A stretch of 64,000 bases of DNA from the NCBI GenBank assembly GCA_016716715.1, contig JADJVE010000006.1, forward strand, positions 129,259 through 193,258, in the 5' to 3' direction. Within the stretch, counting starts at the first letter, position 1, and every line of letters starts with the position of its first letter. The notes beneath the pieces are model-generated. The model worked only from the letters and a program-made list of their open reading frames with translations, was not told where the DNA came from and did no database searches. Source of the stretch: Acidobacteriota bacterium (GTDB lineage Bacteria; Acidobacteriota; Thermoanaerobaculia; UBA5066). Positions 1 to 8,777 of the stretch are shown here, in pieces. The position numbers were made by a program, and so were the translations under genes.

Positions 1-258
1 GATCGCCCGCTCCCGCGCGCCGCCTTCCGCCTCCGATGGACGCCCGGACCCGCTGGCTCCCGCTACTCGGTTCTCGTCGCAAAAGAAGATCTGACGCCGG
101 TCGCGCGCGCCGAGGGCCTCACGGTGCCCGAGTTCCTCGTCGAGGACCGTCTCCTCGCGGATCTCCCTACGGGTTCCAACGTCGTCTGGAACGTCCGGTC
201 GACATCACCTGATTCACCTGGCCTCTCTTCTCCGACGTTCGTGACGACCGTGGAGTGA
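1..258 (+). CDS. 3' end of an upstream gene (partial, about 85 codons, stop TGA 256-258); function unknown
   Basis: Frame 1 is open from the window edge to the TGA at 256-258 and reads as plausible protein (..VPEFLVEDRLLADLPTGSNVVWNV..). It is not in the ORF track because it has no start inside the window. Confidence 0.3.
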   Translation, partial: DRPLPRAAFRLRWTPGPAGSRYSVLVAKEDLTPVARAEGLTVPEFLVEDRLLADLPTGSNVVWNVRSTSPDSPGLSSPTFVTTVE

Positions 259-262
259 CGCC

Positions 263-2866
263 GTGCGGCGCGGACTCCCGGCAGCCGCCGCGATCGTCAT
301 CCTCGCGTCGTCGTCGTCGTCTCGCGGCGATTCGCTCGAGGACTGCGAGCGGCTGCTCCGGAAGGGAGACGAAGAACGGGCCGCCCTGTGCTTTGAAAAG
401 GCGAGCTGGATTCCCGCCTCGGCGCCGGCGGTCGGGACGCGGCTCTCCGCGCTCCGGGACGAGGGCAGAGCCGGCGGCTGGCTCCTTCGCGTCCTCGGAG
501 CACGTGAGGCCTTCGCTGGCGCGCCACAGGCCGAGGCGACGCTCGTGAGCGCCGTCGCCGCATTCAACGCGGCCGGAGATCTCCGGGGAGAGGCCGTGGC
601 GCGCGCGGCGCTGGCGGACTTCTTCTCGCGGAAGAGGCGGTTCGAGGAAACCGAGCGGGAGCTCCGGCGGGCCGACGAGCTCGCCACGAAGTCCGGTCGG
701 CCGGACGCGGTGGCTCGCGTCCGGCTTCAGGAGGCACTCGTCGCAAGTCGTCGTCAGGACCCTGTCGGCGGGCTCACGAGGCTGGACGCGGGAGAGGAAG
801 CCGTGCACGCGTCCGGCGATGACTCTCTGCTCGCGAACTGGCACGAGACGCGGGCCGTGCTGCTCTGGACGGTGGCCCGGTATCCGGAAAGCCTAGCGGC
901 GTACCGGAGTCAGATCGCGGTCCTCGAGCGCCTTGGAGAAACCGCGCGCATCGCGAGCGTGCTCGCGAACATGGCCTTCTCGACGCGCGACGTGAAGCTG
1001 AAGCGCTCGCTCGCCGAGGAGGCGCTCGACCGGGCGGAACGCACCGGAAACCTGAGGGCGGAGGTCACCGCGCGCTTCACTCTCTCGGAGATCGACGACG
1101 GTGAAGAAGGACTGACGCACGCCCTTCGGGGGCTGGTCGCGGCCCGCCGGCTCGGTGACGGTGTCCAACTCCGGATGGCCCTTCGCGCCGCGGGATTCCG
1201 TCTGGCGAAGAGTGGCCGCCGAGAGGGCCTCGATCTCTTGCGGGAAGCGGTCGAGAGTGCCACGCGGGCAGGTGACCCAGCGGAAGAGACGCGTTGCCGG
1301 TTCGTTTTCTCGCGGGCACTATGGGAGGTCGGGCCCCGCGAGGAGGCGGTCCGTGCCTCACTCGCCAGCCTCCACGCCGCCGAGGCGACACGCACCGGGC
1401 CGGCCTCGGCGGAGTCTCGCGCCGTGCGCTTCGGGCAGTGGAATCTCCTCTATTACCGCGCCGCTGGCTACCTGCTCTCGGGCGCGCTTCTCGACCGGCC
1501 TGAAGACGTCCCGACGACCGATATCGCGCTGGCCTTTCGGATCTCGGAACGCATGAAGGCGAGAAGCCTCCTCGACTCCCTCGACGCGGCAGCCCAGATC
1601 CGCGACGTCGCGCCGGCCTTCGCATCTCTGGAGGACGTGCGGGCGGCCCTCGCGCCCGACGAGGCGCTCCTGTCTTTCCTGATCAACGCAGAGCATTCGA
1701 ATGTTTCGTCAGCCTTCGACGGCGGCTCCTGGGTCTTCACGGTCTCTCGGGAATCGGTCCGCTTCTTCCGGCTCAAGACCCACCGAAAAGGGCTCGAGGA
1801 GCAGGCGTCCCTGCTCGTCGGACTCGTGGAAGGCCGCTCGGGGCACGAGGCGACGGGGGCCGCGGCTCTCTACGATGTCCTCCTCAAGGAGGCTCTGTCT
1901 TCCCTCCCGGCCGGTGTGAGGCGTCTGCTCGTCGTTCCCGACAGGGCGCTCCACACCCTCCCGCTGAATCTCCTGCGGCCGAGCCCCGGAGTCGACCCCG
2001 TCGTCTCGAGGTACGAATTCGTGACGATCCCGTCGGCGACGGTCTGGCTGCGGCTGCGCGGTCTCGCCCGACCGGGAGCTGCCGCTGTCTCGTTCGCGGA
2101 TCCGAGCCTGTCGCCGGCCGCCGGATCGGCCGCCGCGGGCCCGGTCGAGCGGTCGGGCCGCCTGGGACCTCTGTTGTTTGCGCAGCGCGAAGGGCGGTCT
2201 CTCGTGGCCCGCGCCGGCTCGGGCAGCCGTCTCCTCGTCGGCGCCGAGGCGAGCGAACGCGCGCTCAAGAAGACGTCGTTCGCGTCTTACGGTGTCCTTC
2301 ACCTCGGAGCTCATGCCCTCGCGGACGACGAAGGCGCCGTGCGCTCCGTGCTGCTCCTCGCGCCCGGAGACGGCGAAGACGGCCGGCTGAATCTCGAGGA
2401 GATCCGGCGGCTTCCCCTGAGCGGCCAGCTCGTGATCCTCGCGGCCTGCCGGAGCACCACCGGCGCGTATATTCACGGAGAGGGCGCTCTCGGACTCTCT
2501 TCGGCCTTTCTCTTGAGCGGCGCCCGCGCCGTTCTCGGAACGCTCTGGGCCGTCCGGGACGACGAGGCCGAGGAATTCTCGAAGGCGTTCTACGCGAACC
2601 TCGCCGGAGGGCGCACGGCCTCGGCGGCCCTGGCGGCCACGCAGAGGAACCTACGCGCGCGGGGTCGGCCTCCGGCCGCGTGGGCGGCGTTCGTTCTGCT
2701 GGGCGATGGAACGATCACCCCGATCCGGGCGGCCGGAAATCCGTGGATCGCGGCGCTTGTGATTCTCGTCACGGCCGCGAGCCTCGCGGCGATCCTGATC
2801 CTGATGGCCCGCCGAAAAGCGGAAGGTCCGTCCGACGGTTTCGCGCGGTCTCCCGAGCAACGCTGA
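263..2866 (+). CDS. CHAT-domain (caspase-like) protein with N-terminal TPR-like repeats and a C-terminal TM anchor
   Basis: 867-aa ORF. The C-terminal half has the CHAT His/Cys dyad context (VLHLGAHAL ... LVILAACRSTTG). The N-terminal 500 aa are alpha-helical, Ala/Leu/Arg-rich repeats. The last about 35 aa are a hydrophobic helix (WIAALVILVTAASLAAILILM) followed by basic residues. Confidence 0.8.
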   Translation: MRRGLPAAAAIVILASSSSSRGDSLEDCERLLRKGDEERAALCFEKASWIPASAPAVGTRLSALRDEGRAGGWLLRVLGAREAFAGAPQAEATLVSAVAAFNAAGDLRGEAVARAALADFFSRKRRFEETERELRRADELATKSGRPDAVARVRLQEALVASRRQDPVGGLTRLDAGEEAVHASGDDSLLANWHETRAVLLWTVARYPESLAAYRSQIAVLERLGETARIASVLANMAFSTRDVKLKRSLAEEALDRAERTGNLRAEVTARFTLSEIDDGEEGLTHALRGLVAARRLGDGVQLRMALRAAGFRLAKSGRREGLDLLREAVESATRAGDPAEETRCRFVFSRALWEVGPREEAVRASLASLHAAEATRTGPASAESRAVRFGQWNLLYYRAAGYLLSGALLDRPEDVPTTDIALAFRISERMKARSLLDSLDAAAQIRDVAPAFASLEDVRAALAPDEALLSFLINAEHSNVSSAFDGGSWVFTVSRESVRFFRLKTHRKGLEEQASLLVGLVEGRSGHEATGAAALYDVLLKEALSSLPAGVRRLLVVPDRALHTLPLNLLRPSPGVDPVVSRYEFVTIPSATVWLRLRGLARPGAAAVSFADPSLSPAAGSAAAGPVERSGRLGPLLFAQREGRSLVARAGSGSRLLVGAEASERALKKTSFASYGVLHLGAHALADDEGAVRSVLLLAPGDGEDGRLNLEEIRRLPLSGQLVILAACRSTTGAYIHGEGALGLSSAFLLSGARAVLGTLWAVRDDEAEEFSKAFYANLAGGRTASAALAATQRNLRARGRPPAAWAAFVLLGDGTITPIRAAGNPWIAALVILVTAASLAAILILMARRKAEGPSDGFARSPEQR

Positions 2867-2909
2867 GAAGAAACGGGCCTCGTCTCCGTCTTCTGGACGG
2901 AGGAAGAAA

Positions 2910-5900
2910 ATGCGCCGTCGGTGGAACGCCCGGATAGGTTTCCTTCTCTTCATCCTCCTCGTAGTGCCGGGAGGTCTTGGCTGCTGTGTTGGAAGCGAAA
3001 GGCTCTTTGCCTGGCACTGCTGGTACCCGGAGGATCATCGCGGCGAACTGCGCACCCGGCTCCCGATGGTCGACGTCGGAGCTCTCGCGGCGCCGGCCGA
3101 GCTGAACGGAGGGGCGGTCTCGGACCTTGGCGAGCTTCGAGCGCTCGGATGCGACCTGTCGTGGATGGCGCCTCCCGCCGGATCGGTCCTCGCGTATGGC
3201 GAGTCCTCGTGGATCGCATCCCCGTCCGTTTCGAACGGCTGGGGATTCATTCCGCTTCGCGCGCTGACCGGCCGCGCTTCGACGGCGCGGGCCGCTCGTT
3301 GCGGGGGCGACTGGCTCTACACGGCGACAGACCGGGGGCTCGAGTCCGCTTCGCTCCGGTCGGGGTCCTCCCGCCGCTTCTCGTCGAGCTTCGCTCATTA
3401 CGCCACGGGTGCTTCAGCCGTCCTGCCCCTCGCGGACGGGACCGTCCTTGTGGGCCTGACCCAGACACCGTCCACGGGCGGGGCGAGCCCGGTTCTTCGC
3501 TGCGACCCGGCGACAGGAAGGTGTGACGCGGCGGCGAGCGGGATCGTCGTCTTCGGTGCGGATCGCGCGCTCCTGCTCATGACGGCCGCCGACGGCTCGA
3601 TCCTTCTCGTCATGCGCGCTTCCGGGGCCTGGCGTTCCACCGACGGCGGCCGGACGTTCTCGCTGTCCAGCACCGGCCTGCCCTCGAACCAGGTCTCCTC
3701 TGCCGCAGACGTGGACGGCCACCCGGCCGTCGTCGTGTTCGGCGCCGTCTGGCGCAGCACGAACAGCGGGGCGTCCTGGTCGATCGCGCGCGCGGGGAGC
3801 ACACCCGCGGACCTTCCGCCGACGACGCTCGGGGCTGTCGGCGGCGGAAACGGAGTCCTCCTCGCGGGAGTGAACGGAAGCACGACGAGCAACCCGGCCA
3901 TCTATCGGTCCACGAACGGCGGGGCGTCCTGGACGGGCCCGCACGCGGGAATCGGCGGCCGGACTCTGAACCGGCTTCTGGCGACACCCGAGGGCACGTG
4001 GGCCGCGACGAACGCGGGCGTCTTCTTCTCGGGAGACGGCGGCGTGACATGGCAGGGTCGAAACGCCGGGCTCACGAACCTGACCGTCCCCGGCATGGCG
4101 GCCTGCGGGGGTTCGATCCTCGCGGCGACGCCGGGCGAGGCGAGCGGGCTCTATCGGTCCACGAACGGCGGCGCGACGTGGACGACGGCCGGTCCCTCCT
4201 TTGCGAACCAGAACATCGGCGTCCTCGCGGCGACCGGATCGCTCGCCTTCGCGGGGGGGGCCAGCCAGTCCCTCAATTACTCGACGGACTGCGGCGCGAC
4301 CTGGATCGGCGCGTACAACCTGCCGGGAAACACGTTCCCGCTGACCCTGACCGCGGCGGACGGGTATTTCTATGCCGCGAATCTGCTCGGCACCAGCCTC
4401 TATCGAACCTCCGACATGTTCCTGGGATGGCAGGCGGTCTCCCCGCCGGTCCCGTTCGCAGCGAGGACCCTCGCGGTCAGCGGGAGCAACATCGTTCTCG
4501 CGAGCGGGTCCGTCCTGTACCGGTCGATCGGCGGGGCTCACTACGTGGCGGGAGGGGCCCTCTTTCCGGGCGGCCTTTGGGAAGTTTCGAAGGTGGCGTT
4601 CACCGGGAGCACGCTCTGGGCCGCCGTCGGCGGGGCCTCGGGCACGCAGTACGGTCTCTTCCGAAGCACGGACGTCGGCGCGACGTGGGCCCGATCCCAG
4701 ACAGGCATCCCGAACGACGAGCCCGTCTACGACATCTCGGCTTCCGGCTCGCGCCTCTACGCGGGCACGCGCGCCGGTCCGTACGTCTCCGACGACGGCG
4801 GCGCCACCTGGACGCTCGTCTCCGAGAGCGCGCGCGGTCTCGCCGTGCGCTCCATCCTCGCATCGGGAGGAACCCTTCACCTCGGCACGGCGGGCGAGAG
4901 CGTTCTTTCGCTTCCGACGATCGGGGCCACGCGCCGGCTCGTACCCGTCGTCCTCGACGTCGACACGGGCACGACCCGCTACACGACCGACATGAGCGTC
5001 ACGAACCGCGGGACGTCCGACACGCAGGTGACGATGACGTACACGCCGTCGCTCGGCTCGGGAGGCGGCTCCGTGAGCGTCCCCGTGAGAGCCCGCACGC
5101 AGTTCGACGTCCCCGACGTGATCGGCTATCTCCGCCAGAACGGAGTTCCCGTGGCGACCGACGGGCAGCAGGCCGGAACGCTCCTCCTCTCGTTCACAGA
5201 CGTCTCGGACCCCGAAGCCGTCGGCGTCCTCGCGCGCACGGCCGCGGCCACCACCGCGCCGCAGCCCGCGGGCCGGGCCGGGCTCGCGTACGCGGCCATC
5301 GATCCGGACGCGGCGTCGGCCGGGACGCTCCGCGTCTACGCCCTGCGCGAATCCGCGACGGACCGCTCCAACGTGGCCGTCTACAACACCTCCAGCCAGC
5401 CGGTCACCGTCGAGGTGAAGGCCGTCTCCGGCGACGGCAGCGGCGCAAGCGCCATCGTGGCCGCCGCCGACGTGCTGCCCGCGTGGGGATGGAAGCAGTA
5501 CAACCGCGTCCTGAACACCGCCGGCATGACGAACGGATGGGTCGAGGTGAAGAGAACCTCCGCCGCCGGCTCCTTCTCGGCCTATGGGGTCATCAACGAC
5601 AACGGCACGAACGACGGCTCCTTCGTCACACCCAATGCCGTCGAGCCGCGCCCGCTCTTCATGAACGTTCCGGTTCTCGTCGAGACGGGAGCTTTCCTCA
5701 GCGAGCTCGTCCTGACGAACGGCTCGACGAAGCCCGGCGACTTCGTCCTGACGTACGTCGAGGCGCTCGAGACACCCGGCCCGGGAAACCAGAGCATCCT
5801 CATCACGCTCCCGCCGAAGACCCAGCGGATCATCCCGAACGCCATCGACTGGCTGCGCAGCCACAACATCGCCGTCGGCGCCGCCGGCGGCGCCGACGCC

Positions 5901-6380
5901 GGCGCCCTGAACGTCTTCGTTTCGTCGGGAGCCGCGGTGGGCGAAATCTTCGCGGGCTCGCGCACCGCCGCGCCCTCTCCCGCCGGCGGCCAGTTCGGCC
6001 TCTTCTCGTCCGCGGCCCTCGCGGGCGACGAGGCGGCGGCGACGGCCTTCCTCTACGGCCTGCGCGCGGATGCGAACAACCGCTCGAACGTCGCGGCGGT
6101 CAACACGGGTTACGGCGCCCAGGCAGGACCGATCACGCTTCTCTTCGAGATCTTCGACGGCGCGGGCGGAGGCGTGCGCGCCAGCCAGTCGATGACGCTC
6201 GACCCGGGCGAGTGGGGGCAGCTGAGCGGCCCGCTCGCCCAGGCCGGCGTGAGCTCCGGCTGGGTCAAGGTCTCCCGCACGGCCGGAAGCGCCCCGTGGA
6301 TCGCCTACGGAGTCGTGAACGACGGAGGCCAGCCGGGCCAGAGGACCGGCGACGGCGCCTACGTGCCGATGGCGCGATGA
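2910..6380 (+). CDS. Large secreted BNR/Asp-box repeat protein with three C-terminal repeated modules of unknown function
   Basis: GGAGGAAGAAA lies upstream of the ATG. The N-terminus is a signal peptide (MRRRWNARIGFLLFILLVVPGG). There are at least 9 SxDxGxTW-type repeats (YRSTNGGASWT, FRSTDVGATWA, SDDGGATWT ...). The C-terminal about 500 aa carry about 150-aa repeats ending ..SGWVEVKRTSAAGSFSAYGVINDNGTNDGSFV / ..SGWVKVSRTAGSAPWIAYGVVNDGG. Confidence 0.8.
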   Translation: MRRRWNARIGFLLFILLVVPGGLGCCVGSERLFAWHCWYPEDHRGELRTRLPMVDVGALAAPAELNGGAVSDLGELRALGCDLSWMAPPAGSVLAYGESSWIASPSVSNGWGFIPLRALTGRASTARAARCGGDWLYTATDRGLESASLRSGSSRRFSSSFAHYATGASAVLPLADGTVLVGLTQTPSTGGASPVLRCDPATGRCDAAASGIVVFGADRALLLMTAADGSILLVMRASGAWRSTDGGRTFSLSSTGLPSNQVSSAADVDGHPAVVVFGAVWRSTNSGASWSIARAGSTPADLPPTTLGAVGGGNGVLLAGVNGSTTSNPAIYRSTNGGASWTGPHAGIGGRTLNRLLATPEGTWAATNAGVFFSGDGGVTWQGRNAGLTNLTVPGMAACGGSILAATPGEASGLYRSTNGGATWTTAGPSFANQNIGVLAATGSLAFAGGASQSLNYSTDCGATWIGAYNLPGNTFPLTLTAADGYFYAANLLGTSLYRTSDMFLGWQAVSPPVPFAARTLAVSGSNIVLASGSVLYRSIGGAHYVAGGALFPGGLWEVSKVAFTGSTLWAAVGGASGTQYGLFRSTDVGATWARSQTGIPNDEPVYDISASGSRLYAGTRAGPYVSDDGGATWTLVSESARGLAVRSILASGGTLHLGTAGESVLSLPTIGATRRLVPVVLDVDTGTTRYTTDMSVTNRGTSDTQVTMTYTPSLGSGGGSVSVPVRARTQFDVPDVIGYLRQNGVPVATDGQQAGTLLLSFTDVSDPEAVGVLARTAAATTAPQPAGRAGLAYAAIDPDAASAGTLRVYALRESATDRSNVAVYNTSSQPVTVEVKAVSGDGSGASAIVAAADVLPAWGWKQYNRVLNTAGMTNGWVEVKRTSAAGSFSAYGVINDNGTNDGSFVTPNAVEPRPLFMNVPVLVETGAFLSELVLTNGSTKPGDFVLTYVEALETPGPGNQSILITLPPKTQRIIPNAIDWLRSHNIAVGAAGGADAGALNVFVSSGAAVGEIFAGSRTAAPSPAGGQFGLFSSAALAGDEAAATAFLYGLRADANNRSNVAAVNTGYGAQAGPITLLFEIFDGAGGGVRASQSMTLDPGEWGQLSGPLAQAGVSSGWVKVSRTAGSAPWIAYGVVNDGGQPGQRTGDGAYVPMAR

Positions 6381-6389
6381 AACGGGCCC

Positions 6390-7805
6390 TCAGCGCCTCC
6401 GGCGCTCGCGCTCGGCTTCCGGAATCCTCTCGATCGGGGCGTCCGTTTCCGCAAGCGTGTAGAGGAGGGCGGCGATCGCCGAGACGCCCGTGTTGAGCTC
6501 CTCGCGGTCGATCTTGTCGAACGTGTCGTCCGCCGTGTGGTGGATGTCGAAGTAGCGCGAGGAGTCCTGCACGGGCGAGAACATCGGGACGCCCGCAGCG
6601 CGCATCGGAGAGATGTCGGCGCCGCCGCCGCCCTTCGTCACCTCACCGAGCCCGAACGGCGCGAGCGCCGCGCCCAGCTCCTTCATGAGCGGCTCCGTCG
6701 CCGGGCCCGCGCTCCAGGCGAATCCCCTCACGCGTCCCGCGCCGGAGTCGGTCTCGACGGCCGCCACGTGCTTGATGAGCTCGTCCGCGTGGGCCTTCGC
6801 GTAGGCCCGTCCGCCCGCGAGGCCGTTCTCTTCGTTCGCGAAAAGGACGACGCGAATCGTCCGGCGCGGCCGTTTCGGGAGCTTCCCGACGAGGCGCGCC
6901 GACTCGATCGCGATCCCGCAGCCCGCGCCGTCGTCGATGGCCCCCATCCCGAGATCCCACGAGTCGAGGTGGCCGCCCACGAGGACGATCTCGCCGGGCT
7001 TCTCGCGGCCCGGGATCTCGCCGACGACGTTGGCGGTCTGCGCGTCGGGGAGCGTCCGCGCCCCGAGCTTCATCTTCAGGCGCACGCGCGTCCCCTTCGA
7101 CAGGTACGAATGGAGGAGGTCCGCGTCGTTGACCGCGAGCGCCGCCGCGGGAATCTTCGCGTCGCCCTCGGCGTAGTTCATCGCGCCCGTGTGCGGGAAG
7201 CGCGCATTCGACGTGCCGACCGACCGGATCACGACGGCGACGGCGCCAACCTTCGCCGCCCGGCTCGCTCCATTCGACCGGATGGGTACGGTCGCACCGT
7301 AGCCGCTGCCCTCGCCCGTGCGCTCCATGACCTTCCAGATCAGGACGATCTTCCCCTTCGCCTTCTCGCCGAGAGCGTCGACGCCCTCGAGCGACGTCGC
7401 TTCGACGACGTCGGCCTCCACGCCTTCGGGCGCCGTCCCGACGCTGCCGCCGAGCGCGCAGAGCGAGAGGCGGAGCGGGATCGGGAGGAGGAGCTCGCCG
7501 CTCTCCTCGCCGCGCTCCCAGTGCGGCGCCGTCACGGGTTCCGTGTGAACGTTCGAGAAGCCGCGGGCCTCGAGGGCCCGCTTGGCCCACGCGACCGCGA
7601 GGGCGTCGCCGCGCGAGCCCGCGAGGCGCGGGCCCGCGGCCTCGAGCAGCTCGCGGATCGTCTCGTAGGCGCCGTCCGTGGCCTTCCCCGAGGTGACGAG
7701 CGACGCGACGTCCGCGCGCATGCCGTCCGTCAGGAGCGGCGGGGCCGACGCGAGAGGAGCGGCGGCGAGCGCGGACGCGAGCAGGCCCACGGCGAAGATC
7801 TTCAT
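6390..7805 (-). CDS. M28-family metallopeptidase (aminopeptidase), secreted
   Basis: This is the C-terminal 471 aa of the giant 6390..11657 ORF, starting at MKIFAVGLLASALAAAPLASA (signal peptide). It has the M28 zinc-ligand context (GGHLDSWDLGMGAIDDGAG ... FANEENGLAGGRAY ... DIHHTADD). The start is in frame with the ORF stop. Confidence 0.8.
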   Translation of the reverse strand: MKIFAVGLLASALAAAPLASAPPLLTDGMRADVASLVTSGKATDGAYETIRELLEAAGPRLAGSRGDALAVAWAKRALEARGFSNVHTEPVTAPHWERGEESGELLLPIPLRLSLCALGGSVGTAPEGVEADVVEATSLEGVDALGEKAKGKIVLIWKVMERTGEGSGYGATVPIRSNGASRAAKVGAVAVVIRSVGTSNARFPHTGAMNYAEGDAKIPAAALAVNDADLLHSYLSKGTRVRLKMKLGARTLPDAQTANVVGEIPGREKPGEIVLVGGHLDSWDLGMGAIDDGAGCGIAIESARLVGKLPKRPRRTIRVVLFANEENGLAGGRAYAKAHADELIKHVAAVETDSGAGRVRGFAWSAGPATEPLMKELGAALAPFGLGEVTKGGGGADISPMRAAGVPMFSPVQDSSRYFDIHHTADDTFDKIDREELNTGVSAIAALLYTLAETDAPIERIPEAERERRRR

Positions 7806-8710
7806 GAAAGCCTTTCGAGGAGCTTGTTTTCGAGCACCTGCGGGCCGGGATCCGCCTCGAGGCGCAGGTAGTGGCCGGCGGCCGCGAGCAGCGCGGCCTG
7901 CGGGACGAGACCGACGATCTCGGAGCCGACGACCGAGACTCCCTGGCGCTCGGCCTCGCTCTTCACGGTCTCGAAGACGCGGTGGAGCGGGGTCTTCTCG
8001 AAGTTCGTCATGTTGATCGAGACCTGCACCTGGCCGCGCGCTTCGAGCTTCACTCCCATCGCCTTCACGAAGCGGTAGCCGCCCGAGAGGTGGCGGATCG
8101 CCTTCGCGATGCGGTCGGCCACGGCGAGGTCCGCGGTCGCGAGGTTGATGTTGTAGGCGATGAGCGGCGCGCGCGCGCCGACGACGACGGCGCCGCCGGA
8201 CGGATGGGGCACGGCCGGCCCGAAGTCGGGCTTCCACGCGGGGTCTTCCATCTTCTTCGCGAGGCCCTCGAATTCGCCCTTGCGGATGTTCGCGAGGTTC
8301 TGGCGCTCGGGCGTCGCGGCCGCGTCCTCGTAGAGGTACACGGGAAGGGAGAAGCGTTCGGCGAGCGTCTTTCCGAGCGTCCTCGCGAGGGCGACGCACT
8401 CGGCGTTCGTGGCGCCGCGCACGGGGACGAACGGGATGACGTCGACGGCGCCGAGGCGCGGGTGCGCGCCCCTCTGCGTCCGGAGGTCGATCGCCGCGAG
8501 CGACGCCTCGACGAGCGCCGTCATCGCGGCGACGAGCGGCTCGCCGTCGCCGAGAAACGTGAGGACCGAACGGTTGTGGTCGGAATCCGACGTCCGGTCG
8601 AGGAGGACGACGCCGGGCGCCGCCTGGACGGCCGCCGCGGCGATGGCCGCGACGACCTCGTCGCGCCGCCCTTCGCTGACGTTCGGGATGCATTCGATGA
8701 GCCGTGCCAT
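7802..8710 (-). CDS. Glutamate formimidoyltransferase (FtcD N-terminal-type formiminotransferase)
   Basis: The internal start MARLIECIPNVSEGRR is the canonical formiminotransferase N-terminus. The product is 302 aa. The upstream part of ORF 7802..9709 is Ala/Gly/Arg-rich junk. Confidence 0.8.
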   Translation of the reverse strand: MARLIECIPNVSEGRRDEVVAAIAAAAVQAAPGVVLLDRTSDSDHNRSVLTFLGDGEPLVAAMTALVEASLAAIDLRTQRGAHPRLGAVDVIPFVPVRGATNAECVALARTLGKTLAERFSLPVYLYEDAAATPERQNLANIRKGEFEGLAKKMEDPAWKPDFGPAVPHPSGGAVVVGARAPLIAYNINLATADLAVADRIAKAIRHLSGGYRFVKAMGVKLEARGQVQVSINMTNFEKTPLHRVFETVKSEAERQGVSVVGSEIVGLVPQAALLAAAGHYLRLEADPGPQVLENKLLERLS

Positions 8711-8777
8711 GTCGCCTCCCGCGAGGCCGCGATCGTACCCGACGCGTCGGCGGGAGGTTCTTGCTAGCATTCGTCCA

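Noticed and set aside
3414-6496. 816-aa minus ORF and 832-aa plus ORF overlapping the BNR-repeat gene
   Set aside because: Their composition is dominated by R/G/D/H runs. They are alternative frames of a real 1156-aa gene with clear BNR repeats.
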